Shown piece after piece: positions 1-15,202 of a DNA stretch of 64,000 bases (position 1 is its first letter; every line of letters begins with the position of its first letter). This stretch comes from the human T2T-CHM13v2.0 reference genome, Homo sapiens, in NCBI RefSeq assembly GCF_009914755.1, contig NC_060938.1; one strand, 5' to 3'. Under the pieces are notes generated by a model. It did no database searches, was not told the origin of the DNA, and saw nothing but the letters and a program-made list of their open reading frames with translations. The position numbers were made by a program, and so were the translations under genes.

Positions 1-660
1 ATAAACCAATTTAATATAATTGATACAGAACACTTTGACCAAAATGTCAGAAAACTCCTTCTTTTCAAAGTACACACACATTTTAGATAATACACATAGA
101 AAACATAACACAGGCAAATTAGATCATCCTCTAAGCCATGAAAAAGTCTCAATCAATGATTAAACTATTCAAGTCACACAGAGATATGTACACAAATGTT
201 CATGGTAGCTGTATTTGTAGTAGCCAAAACTGGAGACAACCCAAATGTCCTTCAGCAGATTAATCAATACCAAATTGTGGTATGGAATACTACTCAGAAA
301 TAAAAAGGGAATACTCTACTGATACACACAACAATAAGATAAATACCAAAAGTATGATGAGTGAAAGAAGCCAGAATGAAAAAATACATACTATTTTATT
401 TCATTTATATAAAACTCTAGAGTATACAAAGTTATAAATAACAATAGAACACAAAGGAAAGAAGCCAGACTAAAAAAATAGATCCTGCTTTATTTCATTT
501 ACATAAAAATGTAGTGTATACAAACTTATAAATAATAATAGTTGAACACAAATTTCTGGTTGGTCAGAGAGGAAGGATATATGGAAGGACTTGAAAGAGA
601 AGCTATTAAAGGACAAGGGAAATTTGGGGTTGAGGAATATGTTCACAATCTCGATTGTGA
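1..660 (+). mobile_element. Old L1M fragment (endonuclease-region piece fused to ORF2 end/3'UTR)
   Basis: L1M motifs ttcttttcaa..., tgtacacaaatgttcatggtagc, caacccaaatgtcc, tggaatactactcag, gtgaaagaagccag; internal ~95-bp tandem duplication (363-455 / 457-552). Confidence 0.75.
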
Positions 661-666
661 TGATCT

Positions 667-4132
<3,466 letters not shown>

Positions 4133-4566
4133 TTAACTCTTAGTCTGTCTTTGTCTACGTGTATCAACTTTCCAGTTTAAACTGAGGAACACAGTCATCA
4201 CAGAGATAGGTCCTTTCATATGAATACATGTAGCTATAGTCTTCTTATCAGGCCAGGTAGTGTGTTCAGCATTTGAGAGAAATTCTGCCATAATTTCATT
4301 ATGAATGAATAAAAATGAGTGAATAATAAAAATAACAGAGGTTCTATTTGTCTGAAGATATTCTAACTATTCATGGAGAACTAAGTTTGCCCCTCATGGT
4401 CCAGTGTGGAATAATAGTAGACATAGCTGTTTTTCTTTCTTCATTTTTTGTTATAGGTTCAGAGGGTATATGTGCAGTGTTATTACATGGATATATTGTG
4501 TGATACTGAGATTAGGGGTATGACTGATCCCGGTACTCATGTAGTGAACATAGTACCCAATAGGTA

Positions 4567-4605
4567 TTAGGATGGTGCAAAAGTAATTGTGGTTTTGTCA
4601 TTTAA
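4567..4605. mobile_element. MADE1 (Hsmar1 MITE) remnant, one arm only
   Basis: ttaggatggtgcaaaagtaattgtggttttgtcatt matches a MADE1 arm, followed by terminal taa; flanked by TA duplication (4565-4566, 4606-4607). Confidence 0.8.
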
Positions 4606-5706
4606 TAGTTTATCAACTCTCAACCCTTTCCCACTGTCCCAACTCTATTAATTCCCAGCGTCCTTTGTTCCCATCTTTATATCCATGCGCACCCAATGTT
4701 TAGCTCCCAATTGTAAGTGAGAACACATGATATTTGGTTTTCTGTTCCTGCATTAATTTCCTTTAGGATAATGACCACCAGCTGCATCCATGTTTCCGTA
4801 AAGGGCACCGTTTCATTCCTTTTATAGCTGGATAGTATTCCATGGTGTATATGTATGACATTTTCTTTGTCCAGTCCATTGTTGATGGGCATTTTGTTGA
4901 TTCCATGTCTTTGCTATTGTCAACAGTGCAGTGATGAACATATGAATGCATGTGTCTTTTTGGTATAGTAATCTATTTTCCTTCAGGTATATAACCAATA
5001 ATGGGATTGCTGGGTTGAATGGGGAGTTCTTTGAGAAATCTTCAAAGTGCTTTCCAAAGGAGCTGAACTAATTTGCATTCCCTTCAATAGTGTATAAGTG
5101 TTCTCTTTTTTCTGTAGTCTCATCAATATCTGTTGTTTTCTGAACTTTTAATAATAGCCATTTTGATGGTGTGAGATGGTATTTCATTGGGGTTTTGATT
5201 TGCATTTCTCTGATGATTAGTGATGTTGAGTACATTTTCATATGTTTGTTGGCTGCATGTATGTCTTCTTTTGAGAAGTATCTGTTCATATCCTTTGCCC
5301 ACTTTTTTAATGAGGTTGTTTGGTTTTTGCTTGTTACGTTAAGTTTCTTATAGATTCTGGATATTATACCTTTGTCAAATGCATAGCTTGTGAATATTTT
5401 CTTCCATTCTGTAAGTTATTTGTTCTTGATATTTTCTTCTGCTGTAGAAGCTCTTTAGTTTAATTGGGTCTCACTTGCCAGTTTTTATTCTTATTGCAAT
5501 TGCGTTGTGGATGTCATCATAAATTTTTCCTAAGATCAATGTCCAGAATAATATTTAATAGGTTTCCTTCTAGGATTGTAATAGTTTTAGGCCTTACATG
5601 TAAGTTTTTCCTTTATCTTGAGTTAATTTTTGTATATACTGAAAGGAAGGTGATGCGGTTTGACTGTGTCTCCACCCAAAACTCATCTTACATTGTAGCT
5701 CCAATC

Positions 5707-6364
5707 AGAAATAGGAACGCTTTTACGCTGTTGGTGGGAGTGTAAATTAGTTCAACCATTGTGGAAGACAGTGTGATGATTCCTCAGGGATCTAGAACCA
5801 GAAATACTATTTGACCCAGCAATCCCATTACTGGGTATATACCCAAAGGATTACAAATCATTCTACTATAAAGACACATGTCCATGTATGTTTACTGCAG
5901 CACTATTTACAGTAACAAAGACTTGGAACCAACCCAAATGCCCATCAATGATACACTGAAAGAAAATGTGGCACATATACACCATGGAATACCATGCAGC
6001 CATAAAAAGAATGAGTTCATGTCCTTTGCAGGGACATGGATGAAGCTGGAAACCATCATTCTCAGCAAACTAACACAAGAACAGAAAACCAAACACTGTA
6101 TATTCTCACTCATAAGTGGGAGTTGAACAATGAGAATACATGGACACAGGGAGGGGAACATCACACACTGGGGCCTGTTGGGGGTTGGCAGGGAAGGGGA
6201 GAGAGAGCATTAGGACAAATGCCTAATTCATGCAGGGCTTAAAACATAGATGATGGGTTGATGAGTGCAGCAAACCACCGTGGCACTTGTATACCTGTGT
6301 AACAAACCTGCACATTCTGCACATGTATCCCAGAACTTAAAGTATAATAAATTTTTAAAAAAAA
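5707..6364 (+). mobile_element. L1PA7/8-like 3' end inserted in the THE1 LTR
   Basis: ORF2 C-terminus plus 3'UTR ending cccagaacttaaagtataataa and A-tail. Confidence 0.9.
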
Positions 6365-6396
6365 CCTATAGAAAGCCTTTATGGGCCAGGCCTGGG

Positions 6397-6608
6397 AGCC
6401 TGGCCTGACTTCCCAGGCTCAGGTGATCCTCCTACCTCAGCCTACAAAGTAGCTGCACCACGGTGCCTGGTTAACTTTTTGTATTTTTAGTAGATATGAG
6501 GTTTAACCATGTTGCCCAGGCTAGACTCAAACTCCTGGGCTCAAGACATCCACCCAGCTCAGCCTCCCAAAGTGCTGGGATTACAAACATGAGGCACCGT
6601 GCCCGGCC
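6397..6608 (-). mobile_element. AluJ-like fragment lacking its 3' end
   Basis: ctcctgggctcaag, cctcccaaagtgctgggattaca, ends gtgcccggcc; followed by (TAAA)n at ~6614-6649. Confidence 0.85.
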
Positions 6609-8681
6609 CATAATAAATAAATAAATACATAAATACATAAATAAATAAATTGTAGCTCCCATCATTCCCATGTGTTAGAGGAGGGACTGGTGGAAGATAA
6701 TTGAATCTTGGGGGTCGGTCTTTCCCATGCTTTTCTCATGATAGTGAATAAATCTCATGAGATCTGATGGTTTTATAAAGGAGAGTTCTCTTGTATACAC
6801 TCTCTTGCCTGCTGCCATGTAAGACATGACTTTGCTCCTCTTTTGCCTTCTGCCATGATTGTGAAGCCCCGCAAGCCATGTGGAACTGAGTCAATTAAAC
6901 CTCTTTTCTTCATAAATTACCCAGCTTCAGGTATGTCTTTATTAGTAGAGTGAGAACAGACTAATACAGAAGGGGTCCAGTTTCAGTCTTCTGCAGATGG
7001 CTAGCCAGTTATCTCAGTACTGTTTGTTGAATAGGGAGTCCTCTTCCCACTGCTTGCTTTTGTCAACTTTGTCAAAAATCAGATGGTTGTATGTGTGAGG
7101 CTTTACTTCTGAGTTCTCTATCCTATTTCATTGGTCTATGTGTCTGTTTTTGCATAGTATCATGCCTTTTGGCTACTTTAGCCTTGTAGTATAGCTCAAA
7201 GTCAGGTAATGTGATGCCTCCAGCTTTGTTCTTTTTGCTTAGAATTGCTTTAGCTATTCAGGATCTTTTTTGTTCCATATCAATTTTAGGATTTTTTTCT
7301 AATTTTGTGTAGAATGGCATTGGTAATTTGATAGTAACAGCATTGAATCTGTACATTACTTTGAGCAGTATGACCATTTTAACAATATTGATTCTTCCAA
7401 ACAATGAGCATGGAATGTTTTCCCAGTTGTTTCTGTAGGCTATGATTTCTTTCAATAGTGTTTTGTAGTTCCTTGTAGGGATATTTCACCTCCTTGGTTA
7501 GATATGCTTTTACATGTTGTTGGGTTGTGTGTGTGTGTGTGTGTGTGTGCAGAGCTATTGTAAATGAGATTGCATTCTTGATTTGTCTCTCAACCTGAAT
7601 GTTAGTGCTGTATAGAAATGCTGCTGATTCTGGTATATTTATCATTTATCAGTCCTTGGAGCCTTTTAGTGGAGTTAGAGTTTTCTATGTTTAGTGTTAT
7701 ATAATCACCAAACAAAGGTAATTTGATATTTTATTTTTTTATTTGGATGTAATTTATTTCTTTTTCTTGCCTGATGGCTCTGGCTCAGTTTCCCAGCACT
7801 ATGTTGAATAAGAATGATGAGAATAGACATCCTTGTCTTGTTCCATTTCTCAAGGGGAATGCTTCCAGCTTTTTCCCATTCAGTAAGATGTTGGCAGTGG
7901 GTATGACATAAATGGATCTTATTATTTTGAGGTATGTTCCTTCTATAAATGCCTAGTTTCTTGAGTGTTTTTCTCATGAACCAATGATGAACTGTATCAA
8001 AAGCTTTTTCTGTGTCATTAAGATGATTATACCATTTTTGTTTTTAATTCTGTTTATATGGTGAATCACAGTTATTGATTTGCCTATGTTGAACCCACCC
8101 TGCATCCCAAGAATATGCAAATAAGTATAGATGTTAGAGAACAGCCCATAGCTAGTCCTTTAATTTGTATTGCTGCCTCCAAATTAGCCAGTCAACCTGC
8201 CTGTAAAACAAAGATTCCCCCAATTCTCTAAGTTTTATCAATGTGATTTTAAATTTGGGTGGGTTTCTCCTCTACTTTTTTTTAAATTACTGATTACCAT
8301 CTGTGTTCAATATCAGTAATTTACCATTAAATAAAATAAAATTTTTAGTCAAACATCATGTTACACTATCAAGAACTGACTTGTCTGAAACACTGGAATC
8401 TATTTGGCACCTATTTGTGCCTTGTTTGCTATCCTGAGCAAAATATGACTGTTTGCTATTAGGTTTTGTAAACATTGATACAATTTATTTTTCAAAATAA
8501 ACTAGTGATACTATTTCTTAAAGTACAGACTAAAATCTCATTTTACTAAAATTAATAACATGAAACATACAAAGAAGAAAATGAAAACCATCCCAGAGAA
8601 AGAGGTTTTCATTACCAGGATTTAGAGAGGTATTACCTATAAGGTTCTCACTGAGTAGCAATCTAGTTGCTGGAATGTCAA

Positions 8682-8833
8682 CTCCACTGGCATGTCAAAT
8701 CCCTGAGACCAAGGACCTTTAATAATCAGTCCCTAATTGCTTACCTATGTAGTAAGCTTTCCAAATGAAAAACACCCAAAACTTTTTGTAAAGTAAGGAA
8801 ATACATTTTCAATTTTGTAGATGACAAAACATC
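8682..8833 (+). repeat. Copy 1 of a ~155-bp dispersed direct duplication (copy 2 at 9905-10061)
   Basis: ctccactgg(c/a)atgtcaaatccctgagacc...ttttgtaaagtaaggaaata...tagatgacaaaacatc present in both. Confidence 0.9.
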
Positions 8834-9229
8834 ATAGGACTGTCACTCATACATTTCTCCAGAAAATAATTAACTAGCATTTTTAAAATGGAAGTGGCAC
8901 TGGGTCAAAACCTACAAATTTTTCAGGCAAGAAAATATAACTCAGTGGCTTTATGTCTGAGAAAACTGCCACTCAAATTAAAGGATTATAAACAAATATT
9001 TTTAATAGAATAGCTCAGCATGTATTTTTTTTCTAAAGAATCTCTTTGAATAAATTGAGAATAAACTAATTGTGGTAGGTGCAAAAAAAGTGGCCTCATT
9101 TCTACTTTTTAAAAATGCTTAACCATGCAAATATATTTCCTATGTGAAAATTAAATGTACCTTTAAAAAAGCATAGTTTTTTTCCAATCACCACCTTATC
9201 TTGTTTGGGTCTTCATAATGTTAATAAAT

Positions 9230-9975
9230 TACACTTCCATACATAGCTATTTCATCTAAAATCTTAGGAGTTTTTAAGACATCGTGTCTATCAGCAAGTC
9301 TAAATGTCTCCACCATCAAAATACATGTCAAGTTCTCTGAATTCTTCTTACTACGGTCTCCTCCTCCCACTCTCCATCAGGCAAAGTTACCAACATCATC
9401 TTTTGTACTTGGTACTGCAACATCTTCAAACTGTTCTCCTTGCTCCTATACTTGCCTCCCTCAAACCCATTCTCCACACAATAGCCAGAACGACCTGAAG
9501 ATTACAATTGTTGACATTATAATTACACACTGAGAATAACCTCCAAATGCCATGAGCTGGATAACATCTGCCTACCTCTCTAATGTTGCCTTATACTTTT
9601 CCTTCTTATGCTCACCATTTCCTCATCATGATGGTCTCCTTTCTGTGCCTTACTGTACCAGCTCAATCCTCTTCCACAGCCTCCATTCTCGTTCTTCACA
9701 TTGCCTGAAATGCCCTACCCTAGTCATTCAAACCTCAGCTTAACTTTCAGCTCCTCAGGGATAACTTTTCTAACTACTCAATCTAAAATAACAGCACCAC
9801 CCCCCGCCCTCATTCACCCTCCAACACATCCCTCTGTTATATTCTTTCATTCTCCCACATTTTACTGTCTTTTTTGTTGCTGTTGTTGTTCTTTTTCTGG
9901 CTCCCTCCACTGGAATGTCAAATCCCTGAGACCGAGGACCTTGTATATAATAACCAGTGCCTAATCACTTACCTA
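9230..9975 (+). mobile_element. L2 3' region
   Basis: Pyrimidine-rich L2 motifs (attctccacacaatagccaga, ctccctccactggaatgt...gagaccgaggacct). Confidence 0.7.
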
Positions 9976-12489
9976 TGTAATAAGTTTTCCAAATGATAAA
10001 CACCTAAAACCTTTTGTAAAGTAAGGAAATATATTTTCAGTTTTTTAGATGACAAAACATCGGAGGAAGTTTTTGACATTTTCTCAAAAAACAGAACCAT
10101 CATGGTTGGAACCAGGACTGCAAACTTGTCTTTTGAGCTCCAGTCTTGTGCTAGTTTCACCACATTTGGATGCCTTGTTTAGAAAGCTAGTTCAGGCCAC
10201 TCTGAGATACATCTTTTAAAACAGACAGACATTCACACAAACATACATCTTTCTTTTTAATAGTATAAAATTGCCTAAGATGAAAAAGCATTCTCAGCAG
10301 AGGGGAAAGGTCTATTTTGCACTAGTTAATATCTCAGTTAAAATATCTTCTTCTAACTAATTCTAAAGCATTGTTGTCAATATTGAGAAGTGACATCCCT
10401 GGGAAGTCCCTTAATTGCATAAAACAAAACTAAAGTGAAAAATAAAAAACAAAAACAAAACAAAATAATTTGCATTCTCAGAAATATCTTTACCACTCTA
10501 TCTTTCTCTCTCCATCCATTCCCTTCTCTTATCCTGTCTTTTTTTTTTTCTAAACCTGTGTTTACGGCTTTGTGGTACAAGCATCTCTGTGGGCATTGTT
10601 TCTCTTTCTATCCATCTTTTCTCCTATTTTTTTGTGTATGCTTTTTCTCTTTTTTGCCTCTGTTCTCTCTCTTGCAATTATCTTGTATTTCTAACTTTGT
10701 ATCTTTCTGGGACTGTATTGTACTGCTATGCTTTCACCCAAGGAAAATGGTATATGTTAGAAGTTGCAGCACCGATCATAATAGGAAAGAAACCTGCTAA
10801 AATGTTATCTACCTCTCTTCATCTCTGTCCACTTTTAAACATCTCTGACTGCATCTCTGGCTGAGCTGGGCATAAACATGAATGAAAGCATACTTGACTG
10901 TGTATTGAATTTGCTTTATTAAATTTAAGTTTGGTATTTTAATTTTAATGTGACTCTGAGGAATGGCATCTTTCTTTATAATGTGTTACAAAAAAAACTT
11001 ACATTGATTTTTTTCTTGTATGATTAGATATTTTTATGTTATATTATTTCATTAAAAACCAGAAAGCTCATTATCCTATAGCAGGGCTTAGGAACCATAT
11101 ATTCAAAAAAACCAATAATACAATAGAGTATTTCTTCTTTTACTTGAGGGGCACTCCCCTGGAGGAACTGGTCTACAAGATGCATAAAGTTCTTTTTATT
11201 TAAAGACAAACTTTGAAATGATAATAATTTAGATATACTGAGTTAAATGAAGCATTATTAACATTGAATTAATCATTAATCATTTTGCCTAATAAGTGTA
11301 TGGGACATTCCATTATCACTGCCACTGATAAAATACCAAATTCAAAACCCTAACATGATTCAATGGGGTATTCACTGGCATGTGTTTTGAATATTTAATC
11401 TTTAAAATGTTCTTGTCTCTTTCTTTGTCTAATTCTAATTGGCAGTCTAATAATTCCCATTGGTAGAACTCTGCAGAATTCAGGTAGCGGTAAAACCCCA
11501 AAGTACATTCTCTATTGCATTAATTGTATTACAAATGAATAGAGATTTCAGAATTTATAATATTCCAACATGAGAATATATATTTAAGCACAAATTCTGA
11601 AATAATTAGCTAATCTCCCTTTTATCAGACAGAAAAGAATAGCCACTTGTTTGAGAGTAGCATTTGGCTCCCGGCAAGGTAAAATTTTTTATCATTCTTT
11701 ATATTTAAATTAAATAGAGAAAAAGAAAAAAAAAAAGAAAAATTATACTATTTGTCTTGGTTATCTGCTGCCTTGAAATTTATGAGAACAGAATTCTGCT
11801 GCAGAAACAGAGTAAGGGTGAGTTGTAAATTCAGGTGTTCAGCACTTTTCTCAAATATACCTGTTTCTCAAATAAACCTCCTATTATCTAATACTTAGTA
11901 CTATTTTAAAGGTGCTAAAATTTTTAATTCTACTATTGTTTTAAAAATAAAAATACCAATTGATTATGAAGATTCACCACCTGGATTTCAATTTGTATAT
12001 AATACAAATGACTGATTTCATCTTTATCCTAAACCAAAGGTAAAGGGAGGAAGAGTGAAGGAATCACAATCAGTCAAAAAGGGCAGGCTGAGTCTCAGAG
12101 ACAAACTTCATTGACTTCACAAGTTTGGAAACCTCTGGTTCCACACTCAGTTACATGTGTTTCCCCATCTGCACATGGTCCTTACATCCAGCAATATAAG
12201 GCTCAGAGTTAGCAATCCTAAAACAAGAAAGACATGATTCTCAAACATGTCTGAATTAGATAAGAAAACCTTTACTGAGACCCTTCCTAGAACCTCCACA
12301 GTTTCTTACTCTGAAATCCACTTAGATTCAAGCTGTTATCATATCCCTTGGAATTAATCCCAGGGCAGTGACAAAAGATCTATTGACATGGTATCCATTT
12401 TTTGCTAGAACGTATTTATCACTGAATGCTTCCTCTCTTCATTTACACAGATGTGGATTAGCTCCTAACCACCTAATTTGATCATCATA

Positions 12490-12590
12490 TTCCCTCTACC
12501 CTGTGAAGTAAAAACAGCGAATATATTATTTCTCTTTAATAGATTCAAAATACAGATATTAAAAATTAAATGACTTGCCTAAGGTCATTA
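12490..12590 (-). mobile_element. MIR fragment
   Basis: Core-like attaaatgacttgcctaaggtca preceded by accctgtgaagta...tattatttctcttt. Confidence 0.55.
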
Positions 12591-13456
12591 ATTGTATTAA
12601 ATAACTTGCCTAAGCTTCCTAAAATTGCAGATATGGTAACTCAGCAAGGTAAAATAATTCTCAAACCAGAGACCTATTTTAGAACACCAAAATAACTTGC
12701 CTCATTTTTATCAAGATGAGTTAAAAACAGACAAAACATGTGACAAAACCTGAAGTAATTAATGAGTGATTCAGACTCAGTAAATTTCAAAGAAGATAAT
12801 ATTCAGGAAGTAAGGCTTAGCACTGGGGAGCAAGGAAAGCACTTTAGGTCTGTAGAAAAAGTCATTGGAATGAAATACATAGGAAGCAACTAACTACTGT
12901 GCTCACTCTACCTTGGAATAGGTTAAGCAATTTATTATTTCAGAATCAGTAAAGGGTAGGCATTGAATATATTTAAGGAGAATATGTGTAAAGAACAAGG
13001 TGAAACTTACTTAAGACTGAAAGAATGTAGGCAAATGAGAGAAAGAAGAAAGAGAATGACAAGGAAGAGAGCAAAGAGGGAGGAAAAGCAAGGGATTAGG
13101 AAGATAAATTGCAAGAAAAAATTAAAAAGCAAGTAACAGGAAACAGAAGCTAAAAGAGAATGTAAAGAAATATTGTTGTAAATGAGTGTATGAAGACAGA
13201 ATTAGCAGGAAGAGAATGGGGAAGGATGGGAAATAAGAAAGAAGCAAGATAAAGTGAATGAGGAAGGATAAGGGAGTGAGCTGCTAGGATGTTGATCAGG
13301 TCCCCAGACACTTGGCTTCAGGAGCTGGTCTGAAAACAGTCTGGAATTGAGATATGCACAGTGTTGCCTGCAGATGCTTACTGCTCTGCAGTCTGGAAGC
13401 TGTTGTGCGGGACAGTATGGGGACCCTCTCCACTTATGCATCTTCAGTGCCAAAGG

Positions 13457-13538
13457 AGTATGTATGTATGTACATATATGTATGTGTGTATATCTTTCTA
13501 TCTATATCTATCTATCTATCTATACGTATATATATATC
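13457..13538. repeat. Compound (TATG/TA/TATC)n microsatellite
   Basis: Directly visible. Confidence 0.8.
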
Positions 13539-14924
13539 TGTTGAAATAATAAGGAAGGTTAGAGATGGTGACCATCATTTAGGTTTCTGTCTTGGCCTAC
13601 ACTGACAATGCCTCTTTGTCTTATCTGACTAGAACAAGAAGTTTGCCCCTGTGAGATCCATTGTTTGGTGCTTTTTTTTTTTCGGGAACTCATTTTGTAC
13701 AGAGGAATGCCCATCTAATGCATATGTGTCCTCCATCTCTGTGACAAATACAATTTGAGAATCAACAGAACAAAAGGTACATAAATGAGGACAAAGGAAA
13801 GAAGAAAAGTGGATTAAAGATGTTGAGTAACATGGAATTTCATCTGTTAGTTAACAGAAAATAGACGGAAATAGTAGAAAATAAAAGCAAAGGAAGAGTG
13901 AGAGAGGCTGAAACTCTCAGGTGCTCCCTGTGTCTTGGAATCCTCAACCTGGAGAAGCATGAGATAACTAACTATAATTGAACATCTGGAATGAATAAAA
14001 GGTAGGACTAGGGGAGGGAGCTTCTGACTTAAGTTCTTAAGACCAGGTTTCTGTAGGCAGAGCAAGGTATAAATGTGGAAGCCAAGAGGTGTCTAAATGG
14101 GTAAAAAAGAAACAGAAATGCCTAAACTAATTTGAAGAACACCAAAATACTTTTTTCCTATTTCGGTTTTCTTAGATTCACTATGTGTGTGTTTATACAA
14201 GTGTGAATATGTATTTGGAATGCATAAATATGTACCCATGTGTTGTAAGTACTTATTCCATAGCATTTGCTGCTAGTTAACGAATGTTACTAGTCACATA
14301 AAACAAATGTTCTGATGTTTCCTAATAGTCGTGCTGTAAAATGCTAATATATTACCTACGTTTCCCCTGAATTTTCTTACGGATTTTTAAGGCTGATTTT
14401 TCTTTATTCTTTTTCTCCCTTCTCTCTTTCTAGTTCCTTTTTCTAGGGATGCCATTAGTAATTTCTGTCAAATTTCAATTAAGAATTTATCTCCTCCAGT
14501 CCTCCTCCCCTACATTCAGTAGCACTGCTTCAAAAAAAAAGTTATATTGAAATGTAATCAGCACATTATAAAATTCACCATTTAAAGTATACAAATTCAA
14601 TGGTTTTAAGTATGTTTACAGAGTTTGTGCAAGCATCAACATGTTATAGCATGCATCAGTACTTCCTTTTTATTGTCACATTGCATGATATTGTATCCAC
14701 AGCACTTTTGAAAATAAATATTGTATGTAGTCAAAAGTCAAGGGTAACATTTGTACATATCACATTATAGCATTTTGTTTTCATTAATAATATTTCATCT
14801 TTGAAATCATTCATTGCAATAGTGAAACATGCATGGTATCATCGTATGTGAGTATTTATTTATAAAACATTTTATAATAATCTCAACACGATCATTAAAA
14901 TACAATCACAAATATATATATATA

Positions 14925-15202
<278 letters not shown>

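Larger units (their letters stand above)
5651..6968 (+). mobile_element. THE1 (MaLR) solo LTR, split by an insertion at 5703-6648
   Basis: Starts tgatgcggtttgactgtgtctccacccaaa, ends gtgagaacagactaataca; 5-bp TSD GAAGG (5646-5650, 6969-6973). Confidence 0.92.
4432..8112 (-). mobile_element. Older L1 (L1PA15-16/L1PB-like) 3' portion, interrupted by MADE1 and THE1 LTR
   Basis: Diverged L1 3'UTR and ORF2 (ORFs 5068-5289 and 7258-7455 are ORF2-like); resumes at 6974 after the LTR; (GT)n at ~7526-7549. Confidence 0.85.

Noticed and set aside
12980-13270. Long purine-rich strand bias
   Set aside because: Low-complexity GA-rich tract with no periodic unit or mirror repeat that I can support.
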